A stretch of 64,000 nt of DNA, taken from NCBI GenBank assembly GCA_905178155.1, contig CAJINV010000001.1, forward strand, positions 8,277,599 through 8,341,598, written 5' to 3'. This stretch comes from Amoebophrya sp. A120 (taxonomy: Eukaryota > Protista > Dinoflagellata). Under the pieces are notes generated by a model, which was not told where the DNA came from, searched no databases, and saw only the letters and a program-made list of their open reading frames with translations. Positions 24,701-36,543 of this stretch are shown piece after piece. Position numbers and translations under genes: made by a program. Position 1 is the first letter of the stretch, and each line of letters opens with the position of its first letter.

Positions 24701-25661
24701 TTGCCAATACCGGGCCCGCTGCCTCGGCTTCGACGACTCTCTTCACCAAAGCTTCTACCACTTTCTCCGCAGTTGTCTGTCGGCCGACCAGCACCTGCAG
24801 CGCGCCGGATGCGGATTTCTGCTGCAACTTCTGGTACACGTTTTCTTCCGTCGGCAGCAACACCTCATGATCGCTAAAGGTTACACGGCAGTGTCGCGAA
24901 AACCGGAAAATCGGACTCGTGTCCAAGGGTAGCTCCGCGTACACGTCCGCACCTGTGACCGCACCGACCGCAGCGCTTGTCGGGCGCACGACTTGAAATG
25001 ACGCGACGGCATTCCCTGAAATGGCCCCCGTGACAGAGGCCAGGGACCCCGGGTGCAGCTCGCGATTCCGCACCTTCACGCCCTTGGTTGTCGGAGAGGA
25101 GGGAAGTGATAGCGAACCCTGGCTCGCTGGACGACCAGCAGCATTGTAAGGCGGGGGCAACATGAACATCATCTCATGATAGTCCAGGTTGTTCATGTAA
25201 TCTTGCTCTCCCTCCCGTGGTGCTGCCAGGGCGGGTCGTGCCAGTCCTGCTGTCTCAGCGAAGCCTAGAGGTGGTACTATCTCGTAGTGCATGTTCCGTT
25301 GATACCCAACGATCTCGATAGCACGCGGCTGAACGTACGCCGTGCCGTTGTGAAGCACCGTGCGGGCCGGTCTCTCCCCGAGCACGGGCATGAATACTAC
25401 CACTGGCTGCACGCCCCAATCCTGCGGGCGGGCGGGCGAGGGCGTTTGAAACTGAAAGACCGGGTCGTCGTCGTCCACGTGCCGGCGTGGACTGCCCGGG
25501 GGCGGTGTCCGAAGATCATCCTCCAGTTGAGGCTGTTGCTGCTGTTGCGCACCATAGCCGAACGTACTACTTAGAGTCGCCCAAACGACCAGCAGAAAAG
25601 CGTGTCGTCGCGATTGCCCTGGAAAATAACTCCAGCAATCTCTCTTGATGAAGCTCTGCAT
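21768..25661 (-). CDS. Orphan putative secreted protein, ~1297 aa
   Basis: Long single ORF with a signal-like segment (HAFLLVVWATLSSTFGYGA), Ser/Arg low-complexity tracts and a helical C-terminal region. The 3' end may be spliced (CTCG|GTGTTT). Confidence 0.75.
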   Translation of the reverse strand: MQSFIKRDCWSYFPGQSRRHAFLLVVWATLSSTFGYGAQQQQQPQLEDDLRTPPPGSPRRHVDDDDPVFQFQTPSPARPQDWGVQPVVVFMPVLGERPARTVLHNGTAYVQPRAIEIVGYQRNMHYEIVPPLGFAETAGLARPALAAPREGEQDYMNNLDYHEMMFMLPPPYNAAGRPASQGSLSLPSSPTTKGVKVRNRELHPGSLASVTGAISGNAVASFQVVRPTSAAVGAVTGADVYAELPLDTSPIFRFSRHCRVTFSDHEVLLPTEENVYQKLQQKSASGALQVLVGRQTTAEKVVEALVKRVVEAEAAGPVLAKLAQELWRQLQNGTGQVLSSASTVLEDHLQGDTVPAGIAEQGSQGEQQRPAARIAHDQSSSTRPDRLNALRRDAPGRLHQNKLLALVEHKIVLQRGAEEAASSRSSGSEAGYPSSEPSDSEGSVSSQASNKTVKESDRLKRLSQDLELQRQVRGSTHIAPRGSAPPGGEHQRNFGPPEEPGGLSFSSDDDEEPVATPRSAAEGGFLFQRGQPLFSAASSEDAASSRSSRSGGRRGRPNRTTRSSKTSASSAASGSSAASGSVRGAAEAAEEALVDLRGVSERLGVQAELAETIDAFTAKAPRFRRGVTEVPPEMEEQHFVREYYVHNVLTKFVSELMDLLTADRVRMPLRAVLEDVAKEGVAAAAQEQLELRKRREAVALRKNSKRSTRGCTSTRGNMLQHGRNKAKGAARSSSKASSSKSSERRGRTTKGSASSGSGTAAASAEPISSPQSGAEEQQEQEKKLSELADELERFVVQQYIMNSVAIVVHRMTQGLLRIQSLSVEENFDADHGEPVPSLFAEHYPQQAQAATIARRPYLVTKVGRDAGARERVDEVLQTVYDINNPGDQPRFERLQNHIWLLDFFFHHILEYDLDTEDIGLVSAGGYDYMGDYYGEDSDTESTLSSDIFSPAPTSPNSDRRRAKRALFVDLDRIALEREFEGLKRLEQTSEKRAARRRRNTAPEEEEQARLRGNVDSVVAASLERRRFDRETRVLRKGALFGCLLGALQIDGEQFQHLYEGRVGDPPGFRRESLSRVLGRALKNFLSGVDPFTTPNMPNSERNMRRARVSFFLASYHLEAFSAANAIDLYPDAWRSEDVRLDALLTDMLDGLYKMQQSAAPERVQWLSSHWAQLQARLLENIGDDARRVLQDPQVFSPARPFAAAIGSSSPAAPPPAPEVYTQNQLSLQTLASSALAGTWQTALLKDYSDYLAYYEYRLHAFAMAQIELPPAELLRQNLHNWRSYVRLGVFFFSSLWQ

Positions 25662-26933
25662 GTTCTGCTGGTCCGTAAATTCTAATGATTCTATCTAATA
25701 AGCAGACGCAGCCTGCTGCTGGTATGAGACACAGGCTCACAAATGTAAGTGAAAATTGTCTTCAGCTGTTCATAAAGAACCACCGCAACGATCTCGCTCT
25801 TCACAAGTTAGTCGCTATAGAAAAAATATATTTCTGATCAAATGTATGAGGCAAAGCGATGTTTGCGTCACAAAGAGGACACATCTCGGTAAATGAATTT
25901 TTGGAGTAAAAAAAAGTAAATCATGAAGTCTTAATTGATGAATTGGTGCGTTCTTCTTATTTCGTAGTGTGCTTGATGTTACCCTGACTAGTTCGAGTTG
26001 CTAGCTGCCGCTGCCCCGGAATATTAAACTACAAATATTTATATGACTGTCCTAGGTGGTTCCTTCTTGTGTAGTTGTTTAGTAAGCCTAGGATTGAATT
26101 TTCGGACTTTGCTAAGCTGTGTTACGTCATAAGCCATCGAACAAGTTCGAGTTCAAGTTCAAGTAGTACGGACAATCTGAGCCTTAAGAGAAGCTCGCGA
26201 GGATCCAGTGCTTCATATCACAAGGAGCTTAAGCTGCATCTTCACGAACGGGACAATCATGACGATGATCAACATTTCTGAACTTCAACTTTTCCTGCCG
26301 GCACGAGCTCTCGAATCAGCAGGCCAGCATCCATGTCGCCCTCATTCAAGAACGCACTGGCTTTCGAACGCCCATCTACTTAAAGAACAAAACGATGCTC
26401 GACTTTGTTCTTCCAGTCCAACAAATCGTGGCTCTTCTCGTCTGGTTGTGAGTTGAAAATTTGTATCGATTGCGTTTCGATCCTTCTTGATGTGTGCGGG
26501 TACGCGGCCTGCGCGGGGTCCTTGCTATCAGCGCAACAAAAAATCATATCCTCATTTCACAAATCTACTTGCGCACGTAGCTGCCTTATACTGGCGACGT
26601 GGCTCCTCACACCCTCATCCTTCGAGGAATCAGCTAAAATCCCCGAAAGACGACGCTGATCGCGGGATGTTTTGGATTTTGTTGAGGTGGTCAAAAATCA
26701 GAAATTTTTGCGAATCATGTTACCGTCACAAGATGTTCAATGATGTCTTCGTGGCCCTTGCGGTTCTACTGCTACACTTGCGAAACAAAATTGGACAGCT
26801 TCATAAACTTGTCAACACGTAGCAGGGATTTGGATCATCATGAAGGTTTCCGATGATGGAAAGCACAATCCTTTGTCACTATGTTTTGTTGATCTTGATG
26901 TTGCGTCAATGCTATATTCTCCTGATCCGCAAG

Positions 26934-27666
26934 TCACCCGGTCGCACTCGTGATTGGTCCGGTAGAAACCAGCTCCTGTGGTTTTTCGAGAATCGATTCG
27001 GCTGCGGGCGCGGCCGGCGAAGCGCTTTGTGGAGGTCCGGATGCAAGGTCTCCGGCTTGCGCACCAGGGGTTGGTTGTACGGACACGGCGGACACGGGTA
27101 GTTGTTCCGGTTTCGCGCTTCCTGGAGGTGGCGGTTCCGGTTTCGTGCTCACGGGCGGCGAGTCGTTGGCGTTTTGTGCTGGCCCTCCTCGCGGACTGTC
27201 TGCTTTATTTCCCAACTTCGTCGGATCCTCATCGTACCTTCCGCGCAACCGAAACAGTTCTTTGAAGTGGGTCGGACAGTAAAACTCGCCTGTTGGTGCG
27301 CGCGAAAACTTTCCGATCATCAGTTTTCCGTTGCACATCTTGCACCGAAAGCAGTCCTTGTGGAAAAGGGTCCCGTCTATAACCAGCTTCTCCATCGCAT
27401 ATACCGTCTTGCCGCTGGTGTAATTTTTTCGCAGCTTGTCTGTCTTTCGTCCCTTTGCACATTAGTAGCACAGGGCCTGTTCTGAAACTCTAAGTGTGAT
27501 CATATGCATGTTGACATAGAACCTCCGAATGATCCAGGTGGCATACAATAAATTGTATATTGAATGCATGCAGCAAAAAGAACAATGCACAATATACCAG
27601 GCATGGCATGCTGTTGACGCAGATGCAGCTGTCGCTGCCCCTCCTCCGGCCCCAGTTTTGCGGCAT
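26934..27666 (-). CDS. LIM-domain protein (partial model; ends unresolved)
   Basis: A GT-AG intron at 27597-27415 completes [31 protein letters not shown]...YCPTHF. Confidence 0.8.
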
Positions 27667-29187
27667 CTGTTTGTAGAAGGACAAGGAAGTTCCTACCATT
27701 ACATACACCTTCAACTGTCTTCCTTCCAACGAAACAACATTATGGCAGTTCCTTCCAGCGCACCAGCACAATAGTTTTATTCGCCCCGTCTCTGTTGGCT
27801 AAGTGCTGGTGGCGGTGGCGCAGCGCATAGGCCAGTGCACGTGGCGATGGCTAAGAAGTGCGGTCGTGTTCAATATCTCCGGGCGTCTCGCGTCTGGGGC
27901 TGCCACGTAAGGGCGTATAAGCAACAAAATTTTTGAGTAAGTGTCTTTTCCGTAGCATTGGCAGCGAGACGGAGGTGGTGCATACCACGTCATCTTATAG
28001 CACATGTGGAGGCGGGCAAGCACGGGCGCATGTTCCTTTCCAGCCACCGTCCCTAGTGGCAAGGCAAGCGCAAGAACCTGCTATCCTGTTTGGTCAGCAG
28101 GTAACTAAAGATGCGGGTACATACATTTGATTTTTTTTACATTGCTTAATAATTTCGACTTCCAGGCTAATCTATTGCTGCATCAATCGAAAAAAAGTAT
28201 ACGCTGCGCAAGTCGTTCCCCACCCTTTGAACTCCGTCTGACACTTGTCACAGGCTTTCACCATTTGAAGGCTGTAGTCGTTCTACTTTGTGCAGTAGAA
28301 AGTCGTGGTGCATTTCGCGCATGGACAGACAATTTTCTTATGCCGAAGTGCTCAGACGACTCATCGATTGTATTTTGTCGAAGCTATCACGACCGCCAAT
28401 CTCTTCCCGTAGCGCGTGGCTATAATGTGTGAAAAGATGAAGAAGTAGAAGACGAACCACAACTTGTATAATCAGAAGTTAATTTTACATTGGTAGAAAG
28501 GACAACTTTCAACCGGTTCCATGTGACCAATCTCAACAAACAAACAAAAGAATCAATTGTGGTACTAAAGCAGCTCGCGTCCTCCAAAACAACTGTGTCG
28601 CTTCCTCGAACTAAAATAATGCTGCCTCGTCCTTATTTGCAACGTGCTTCGTTTACGGGAAAAGGAAAGTAAGTGGGTCAGTTCTGGTGTGGTGTCGCAA
28701 GCACATATCTAAGCAATCATTCTGAATTATCCCGACTCTGACTGTCGCTCGACCACTTCCGATACTCCTCTTGACAGACGTTGTCCTTTAAGACACGTAC
28801 AAGATGTTGCGACCGAAAAGGCTGTCAACGGTTCCCCCGGGACTCAGATAAGTTTTTATCAGAACACAAAATTGATTGACATAAAACATGTTCTATGATG
28901 ACGTGAGACAACATCACCTAAGGCCACTGGCGGGCTAAAAATGGACTGTATTTTACAACAATGAAATTACATGTGGACCCTCACAGCATCGATATTACCG
29001 ATCGACAAAAGTTTTCATTCGACTGATAGACGTACTGGGTACCAAAAACAAACCGGAGTCGGCTTACCACGGCTGAAATGCACTCTTGAAATTTGCATCA
29101 AACCTATCTTCATGTTCACACTGTCTTGCCCTACGGATAAATTGTCGCAAGAAAGCCAAACTTCTTCTTCTTCAATCAAAACACTTC

Positions 29188-31763
29188 TTATTGCGTTTTT
29201 TTCTCGGGATTCGGAGATGCTGGCCGCGCGACCAGCCCAAAAAGCCTCGCCGACGTGACTGCTACGAAAATGCAACTCGCTGCCGACAGCCCCGTGGCCG
29301 GAAAACCGTAGTTTTGCAACACGTACCCGGCGACCGGCGGAATGACGATCCCGACGACGCTGCGGGTTGCGTGCCGCAGCGCGATGGCCGAGCCCTGCTC
29401 TTCTGTGGGGGCGGTGCGGGATGTGAGACTTGTCATGACCGTGTACAGAAACGCCGCCGCGACGGCTAGGGGGAAGAAGAGCACGACGATGTGGAGCTTC
29501 GTTTTTGCCTGGCTGTACACCAAAAACATCATCAGGATCACCGTGCTGGCGTACTGAATGGCCTTTTCCTCCCCAAAGTACTGCACCGGGGTATTGCAAG
29601 GAAAAATCCCCCCTCCCCATATCGAATCGAAGTTTCTGATGCTGGATTTTCGTACACACATCAGATTTGTCCTGCAGTAAAGGACTGCAGGCATATGCCA
29701 AGCCTCAGTCGAGAGGTTTTGACGTAGGCGCCTAGCATGGCAAACGTGTATGCTCTAAGCCCAACAGCATCACAAACCGCCTGCAAAATGCGGAGCGCTT
29801 TCTGGGTTTGCCTTCTTGCAAGACAGACAGGATTTGAGGTCACAAATGCGCATCACAAATTTTCAGACGGATACGTTTTCGATATGGGGAGAGGGGATTT
29901 TCCTTACGATACGGGGCTTTGATCCCAATCGTGTTCACCACCACTCTATCAAATGCAAAAATGTCTGGGTCTGGAAACTTGTGATGCTGAGTGGCGTAGC
30001 ATGAGGAGGCCACAAGTGCTGGCTCAGCATGACAAATTTCTGAGCTTGTAGGTGTTGCCTATTCTGCATGACAAACTGCGTCTCCGCATGACAGAAAAGT
30101 GCGGCTCTTGGGCAACGTGCATGACAGATTTAAGAGTCATGCTCATGCCAGAAAAGCATGACAAACATGCATTCTTCCAGACCCAGACATTTTTACATTT
30201 GATACACTCCAACCGCCGCAGAGGTCGACATGAGCATACCCATTTCCGAACTGCTCACGTCAAAGGTGTCGATCGCGGCCACGGAAAAGGAACTTTGCTG
30301 CATCGTGAAGCCGGCCGTGATAATGGTGGTGAACAGAAGTGAGGAGCGGAGTTCCTTATTGGTAGTGAGCAGCTTGTAGTAGTTCTTGAACCCAAATACG
30401 TCCTCGCTTTTCTTTATTTCTTTTTCCGCCTCTACTGCTGCAGTCGCGCTATCCTTCTTTTTGTCGCTCTTGTGGTCGTCGACATCCGCAAGAAACTGCG
30501 CGTCAACGGCCGCAATGAGGAGGCTTAAAACGCCCGCAAAGAATGCGACGAAGTTGAAGCCGAAGATTTCCGCGAGGAAACCACCGCACGCATATGGATT
30601 ACAAAAATGTCTGGGTCTGGAACTTGTGATGCAAATCTACGAATTGTGGGCGCACTACCATATGCAGCCCACCAGCATGACAAGTTTTTGCGCTGCTGTG
30701 TATTTCGTTTTTCGCATGACAAACTGCGTTTTTGCATGACAGGCAAGAGGCCCGTTTCCTGCTCATGCATCACAGACTTAAGAGTCATGCCAGACAAGCA
30801 TGACAAACATGAATTCTTCCAGACCCAGACATTTTTACATTTCATAACGCAGAACCCGGTACCATTCCCAGGCCGTAGGAGAGCGCTAAACGTATGCAAG
30901 AAAAAAACTGTGTAAGTGTAAATTTGTGTTGCAGAACATGCAACAGAGTTACACCTGTCATGCCAGACAGCCATAGAGCCTTCTTTTCATGTGTGTTTTG
31001 CCTTACAGGCCACGCATGACAGGTTTTCTCTGTCATGTAGAGCAAATTTGTGATGCTGTTTCTGAAAGAAAGTTACACTAACACAGTCTTTTTCTTCGAT
31101 AAAACGCCCCATTAGAACGCTGGTGTGGTGCTGAAGAATGTTGGAGAGAGTAAAATCTTGTTGAACAAGACTACATCCAGGTCGATGATCCTTCGTCGAA
31201 ATAAACGATTTAAATTTATCGAATAAAAACACCGCGCCGGCGAAGTGGCACGAAGATATCTAATGGAGAACGAATCACCCTACCTCTTCCGTTATTCCAT
31301 ACGTGTGCAAGAGCTTGGGCACGTAACTTTGCGCCACCTGCATGCACTGCATCAGGCAGGTTGGTAGCCGGGATAGAAAGAGCAGAGCCGTGTGAAAGCT
31401 GAAGCCGAGCGACAGGTAGGCCACGGCAGACCCCAACGTGGTAACCACCATGCCGAGGCGGGGCGAGTACACGTCGACGTACCGCCCGATCGCAGCGCCA
31501 CCCAAAATCTGCATGATGTTCGTCACCGTTTGGAGGTATCCGAAGGTGACGGCGTCTGCTCCGAGGGATTTGGATAAGTATGGCAGGACTGGTTGCGTGA
31601 TCCAATACGCGAAGGCGTACACGACAATATTCCCGTGGAGCAAAACCAAAGCAAACAGCAATTTGCGCTTGCTTTCGTCAAAAATGCTGGTTTCCAGCCC
31701 GACCAGGTAGCAGCCGAGCCGGTCGAGCACCGACATGGGTGATGAAACGGTAGAGGAAGCCAT
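29188..31763 (-). CDS. MFS transporter (SLC22A18/TetA-like DHA1 type) split by 4 introners and 1 canonical intron
   Basis: GRYVDVYSPR motif A-like. After splicing: TEE|HHTSVLMGR|LALSYGLGMVPGSA|CGGFLAEIFG (motif C) ... SAAVGV|VVNTIGIKAP|VQYFGEEK. GT-AG intron at 31283-31131. Confidence 0.85.
29592..29911. mobile_element. Introner family B, 320 bp
   Basis: ~34-bp imperfect TIR TATYGYAAGGAAAA(A)TCCCCYCTCCCCATATCGAA; TSD CGGGG (29587-29591, 29912-29916). Confidence 0.88.
29947..30204. mobile_element. Introner family A, 258 bp
   Basis: Family A TIR; TSD CACTC (29942-29946, 30205-30209). Confidence 0.92.
30593..30846. mobile_element. Introner family A, 254 bp
   Basis: TATG...CATA variant of the family A TIR; TSD ACGCA (30588-30592, 30847-30851). 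Confidence 0.9.
30893..31101. mobile_element. Introner family C, 209 bp
   Basis: Imperfect TIR TAT..AAGAAAAA.ACTGTGT.AGTGTAA; TSD AAACG (30888-30892, 31102-31106). Confidence 0.87.
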
Positions 31764-32093
31764 GAATTGTTCTTTTCGAAGTTCGTATGGTCTTTTAAAT
31801 AGTTGCAGGAAATCGAAATTCAACCTGAATAATATCAGATAAACCCCTGTAGGAACGAAACACAGCGGCTCGAAATCGCTTATCCCGATACTAAGGAAAT
31901 TAAAACCGGCCTTAACAAGAGGAAACACTACTACAGGAAAAACGCCGGCAGGGCAGATTTGCCGCCGGACCGCTTCACGTAATCCATTTCTTCGTCTCGT
32001 CAAAGATCTAAGTAAGTGCCTAATTTTTCTTACGATTGGCGCTTCCAGCCAACACGTTTACGTAGAACTGTTGAGAAAAAAAAACGACGCAAG

Positions 32094-32853
32094 TCACTTT
32101 TTCTTTCTATTCTCCCACTTGTCCATTTCTACATCCCTGAGCTGTTGCTTTTCTTCCCAATTTTTCTTTTCGTCGCAGTACGCCACGTAGCAGAAGACGC
32201 CCAGGATCAAGTTTACGGCGAAAATCGCGATCAGCGCTGCACATATCCACGTCGTGTCCGGGTCCATCTGTGTGTACTTGTTCAGGAGGGAGTGTGACAG
32301 ATACCTTGTTATTTACATGTATTTATTGAATGCACGCAGATCATTTTTCCAAACAGAGTTTAGCAAAAAGAAAAACCTCCACGAAACAAATGCAAATGGA
32401 AAGACACGAGTCGCAGATAGATTGGTACATTGCCCCGACGGGCAGCGTGAAGAGAAGCGCCGACACAAGGACGAGGACGTTTTTCACGCGCTTGTTTTGG
32501 TCGGCGAGCAGCAGCAGTCGGATGTTCACGGGCGTGTACTTGGACCAAAATTCGTCTCGCAACTCCTGCACTTCCCCGGCGAGTGGCAGCTTCATATCGG
32601 GGCCCTGCTTGATCGCCTCATGCAGCTGCTTCATTGCATCCAAAGCCGAAGGCGCCTCTTTTGTTTTCATCTCCGCTCGTTGTTGCGTTGTCCCGGTGTC
32701 GTTGTTGCCAGTGCCACCATCTTCAGCTGGTAGCAACGTAGTACTTCCTGTCGTAGACGAGGAAGAGCCAGCGTCGCTCGTTTTCTTCGTTGCACTCGAG
32801 GAAGTGGTGCTCTCCTCGCGCTCATTTAGTAAAGTCGTCGTCGTGGCGGACAT
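32094..32853 (-). CDS. VMA21: VMA21-like V-ATPase assembly factor with N-terminal extension
   Basis: TM1 VLVLVSALLFTLPVGAM|Y across a phase-2 GT-AG intron; TM2 ICAALIAIFAVNLILGVFCYVAY..E; basic C-terminus RKKK* (ER-retrieval-like). Confidence 0.7.
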
Positions 32854-33747
32854 GGTCAAAGGTTTTCCTTTTCGGCCCAGAAGCGGTTTTGTCCGAAAAT
32901 AAAGCGGCTCGATTCCTAGTTTTAAAAAAACGTGTAATGCGCACGGGCACGGAGTGACAGTGACACCGATACAAGTGATATCAAAGAGCAGCTGCAGTGT
33001 GCGATGCATCTCAATCCTTTGGCCAATACAGCAGATATCGTCGAATTGATTATGATCGTGCAGCGCTGCAGTTCGCCGTCGCACGTTCACGGTTTTCGTT
33101 GTTACAAGCGATCGCACAAAACAAGATCACTGACTTCGGAGATCAGGAGCATGTTCGTGAAAGACTCACACCAAATCAAGCAAAAACCGAAGTTGAAAGC
33201 CAGTCGACCGTGACAATGGATTGGTCCAGAAAGAAAAAACAATTCCAGTCGTAGTACACAAGACAGATGGTAACGGTAAATCAGTGGAACATCCGCTACG
33301 GCAGTGGAAAGCAGGTACTCGCCGAAGAACAGCGCTGTCACAGGTACAGGCTACTGGCATTATTTTAATTTCTGCAGCTCTGGTGTCACTATTTCGGTGT
33401 TCCAAGCTCGGTAACGTAAACGTAATCGTAAATCACAAATGCACATGCTTTCTACTTCGATGGCAAAGACACGAGATGTCTTCCATAATAAATCAGATTA
33501 ATGACCTCGTGCCGGTCGTGTGTTTCTCCTAGGTCAAACAAACCCTCAGGCTCTTATTTACTTCCGTGGAACAGATTCCTCTGTGCCGGTGACGACAAAT
33601 TGAATGTCATTTTTCGGAATTTTATTTCCTACACCTGTTTGTACTCCAGGACAACGCTCCTCAGTCCCACGCTTACTGACGACAGCTTTTGTGCCGCCTG
33701 TGTTTTTGCTACTCCGAGTGGTTCCTTGACTCTGACTGCTTCCTGTT

Positions 33748-34482
33748 CTACAAAATGAAGTAGGTCCTCGTGGCGAAAAGTGGTAAATAGGAGAAGGCTA
33801 GCGGCAGCATGGGCAGGACGAACAGTGCAGAGTAGAAGATCCAAATGCCATCTTCCAGCATCAGCTCCGGAAACAGGTTGTACATGAAAAACGTCATGCA
33901 GAGGGCGGTGATGTAAAACGTCAGCTCGGCGAACAAGTTCTCGAAGGCGGGGACGGGAAGAAACGTCAACGTAAACTGCATAAAGAACGTGAACACGCCC
34001 GCAACCGCGCCTCTCGAACAGTTCGAGAAGCAGAGACGGTAGACCGCTGGCACTGCCCAAGCCGCGGGGAGAATGACGAGTGCGGTAGGCAGGGCCTTCC
34101 ACGGCGCAACCAGAAGCGATAGACTGCACTTGGAAAAGCCCGCACTTAAGGTAGACAGCGGCACGGCACCGCTGGCCGCAGCTGCACAGGCATACGGTCG
34201 CAGCGCCCAATCAAACAACGTCCTTCGCTGGTCGCACAGCGGGCTCGATCTCGGCGTCGTGTTAGCACTGGCACAGCTCGCTGCAGCAGAAAAATTCGGG
34301 ATCCCGACGGTGGAACAGAGGGTGCTAGAGCGCAACGTATAGCTGTGGAACGCGGTTGGCGCTGGGCGGCCAGGTGCAACAGTTCTCATGCCCGTCAAAA
34401 AGCGTTTGGCACTAGTTTCGCCGGGCGTGATGCGGCCCAGGAGGCTCGGGCACATCCGCTTCGGAAGAAGGTGGGAAAGCAT
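33748..34482 (-). CDS. Hypothetical multi-pass membrane protein, possible mitochondrial presequence
   Basis: 244-aa ORF with an Arg/Ser-rich N-terminus and about 4 hydrophobic segments. Confidence 0.55.
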   Translation of the reverse strand: MLSHLLPKRMCPSLLGRITPGETSAKRFLTGMRTVAPGRPAPTAFHSYTLRSSTLCSTVGIPNFSAAASCASANTTPRSSPLCDQRRTLFDWALRPYACAAAASGAVPLSTLSAGFSKCSLSLLVAPWKALPTALVILPAAWAVPAVYRLCFSNCSRGAVAGVFTFFMQFTLTFLPVPAFENLFAELTFYITALCMTFFMYNLFPELMLEDGIWIFYSALFVLPMLPLAFSYLPLFATRTYFIL

Positions 34483-35010
34483 CGCAAACCGCTTGCTTTT
34501 CTTCAGCTTTACTCCTCGCGCGTCGCCGTCTGTTGACTCGCCGAAGAAATTAGCAACTCGTCAAGCGTTCAAAAATCCTGGACATAGGTGTGTTTTCTAA
34601 TCAGGAGAGCTCCGCCCCCTTCAACGTACTTAAGTGCTCCAGCGGAGAACTCCGTTTGGAACAGCAACACTGCGACAAAGAAGCAAATCAAATTCAGTTG
34701 CTGTGTCAGCAAACTCGGAGACCCATCAGCAGTGGAGGTACAACTTTTCTTGTTTTAGAAAGCATCACGACACGGACGTTCAAGATGAGGCCCTATCTGT
34801 CGACTTTTCTCGTGTTAGTTGAAACGAAGCACAACCTTCTTTCTCATGATCCGGAAAAAACAAAGCCAACCACTGCAGATGTTACACACATCCTCGTCCT
34901 GCAGCTCAAGTCGTATTTCGCACGCTTGTGCGAAGAACCTGAAAAAACGACAGAACAACGTCTATCTCGTCCGCCACACACAACATTGCTCGCGTTCCGT
35001 TTCGTCTTTA

Positions 35011-35853
35011 TTAATTTTCGTTTTCCTGAGCGAAACTGCATTGCGCAGCAACTCCTAAGGCAGCTGCGCCGAACCCCACTCCCAGTCCCAGCAGAGGCAT
35101 AGCATTGCTCTTATCTGGTGCATCGTCTGTCACATTTGCATATGCAAATGCTTGTTTCTCACTGCAATCCTTTTTTGCCTGCTGGAACGCCTCGCGTTCG
35201 CAACAATCACTCTGAAGATTTTCCGCAGCAGGAGATGGCGATTCGGAAGTGAACACCACCTCTCTCGGACCACCTTGTCCTGAGGCAGACCCTCCAAGTG
35301 CAGTGGCTGTTTCGGAAGAACTCCTCGCCACCGATTCTTGTTCAATGCCAGCACACGCCGTTACCTCATCAGGAGTAGATGCCGTGGCCGAGACGCTTTG
35401 CTGCATTTCAACCAACCTCTCTACTTCCGCCGGGATGCCAGTAGTACTCACACTTCCAAGGCCAGAAGCAGAACTTGTTGTACCAGCCACACCTCCTCCG
35501 ACGGGCGCACCACCACCACCACCTGCGGTCAAAGACGTACTTCGCCGAAGTCGATTTTTCTTCGTCAACCCGTGCTCAAACTGCAGCATGCAAGGTCCGA
35601 CGTTGATTCCCTGTTTCCACAGCTTCTGGTGCGTGTTGTCGCAGTAAGGAAAACGCAGGGACAACCAACAGCGGCACACAACCATCCGCTCCCGCGAATT
35701 CACGGAGGGCAGAGCGGGCTTCAAAATTTCGTGCACCTGCGGATAGCCGAGCACGTTTAGAAAATCGCCCGCAATACGGTCGGGACCGACTTTGGCAGCG
35801 CGATTCAGGACCACTGGGGCGGTGGTGGAGGCTGCGCTCTGGCCGGTACCCAT
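35011..35853 (-). CDS. CDGSH-type 2Fe-2S (CISD/NEET-like) protein
   Basis: VCRCWLSLRFPYCDNTH...NVGP motif; MGTGQS myristoylation-type start. Confidence 0.8.
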   Translation of the reverse strand: MGTGQSAASTTAPVVLNRAAKVGPDRIAGDFLNVLGYPQVHEILKPALPSVNSRERMVVCRCWLSLRFPYCDNTHQKLWKQGINVGPCMLQFEHGLTKKNRLRRSTSLTAGGGGGAPVGGGVAGTTSSASGLGSVSTTGIPAEVERLVEMQQSVSATASTPDEVTACAGIEQESVARSSSETATALGGSASGQGGPREVVFTSESPSPAAENLQSDCCEREAFQQAKKDCSEKQAFAYANVTDDAPDKSNAMPLLGLGVGFGAAALGVAAQCSFAQENEN

Positions 35854-36543
35854 TTTTACTCAGTCGTGGTCAAAAATACAGTGTGATTGTCGTAAACACA
35901 AAGAAGTAAGTAACTCGCAGGACTGTTCCACTGCGAGCTTGAAAATCCTTCGCGACCCGCTCGCTTCAGACGCAACTCAGGCCATAGCAAGACCGTATTA
36001 GTGGTCAAAGAACATAGATAATCAATCTAGTGATAATCAATGAAGGGCTCTCCGGCCGCCTCATTGTTTTCACACTCTGCAGCTGAAGGTTCAAATCTTC
36101 GCAAAAAAGGATTTGCATTCGCCTCAAAACCAGCACGCGCAGGAACAATTAGTCGTGGATAAATACTACCCGACTACAACTGCACTTCAAAGCCAATACG
36201 CGATTGCTGTGTTGTTGGAAAGTTTGACTGCATCTGCGAGAAACCACGAATAAATTGTGCATCATGACATTGTTCTGGACTCTTCACATTTCGGTCAAAT
36301 GACAACATCGAGTTCAAAAATTGTAGCAATGAATTTCACGGGCAGCGGCAAGCTGCATCGCCAAATTCGAACTTCAAGGATAGTTGTTGACGAATTCAAA
36401 AGTCAAAATGTGAATTCAAGTGAAACGAAAAAAAACAAAGTGTTAGGTTCATTTTCGTGCGCATTAGCGGCTCCGGCGCTGCAAGCAAATCAGCGACAGC
36501 TACTCTACTCGCTGTTCATTATGTTTTGGACTTGCCCCATGCG

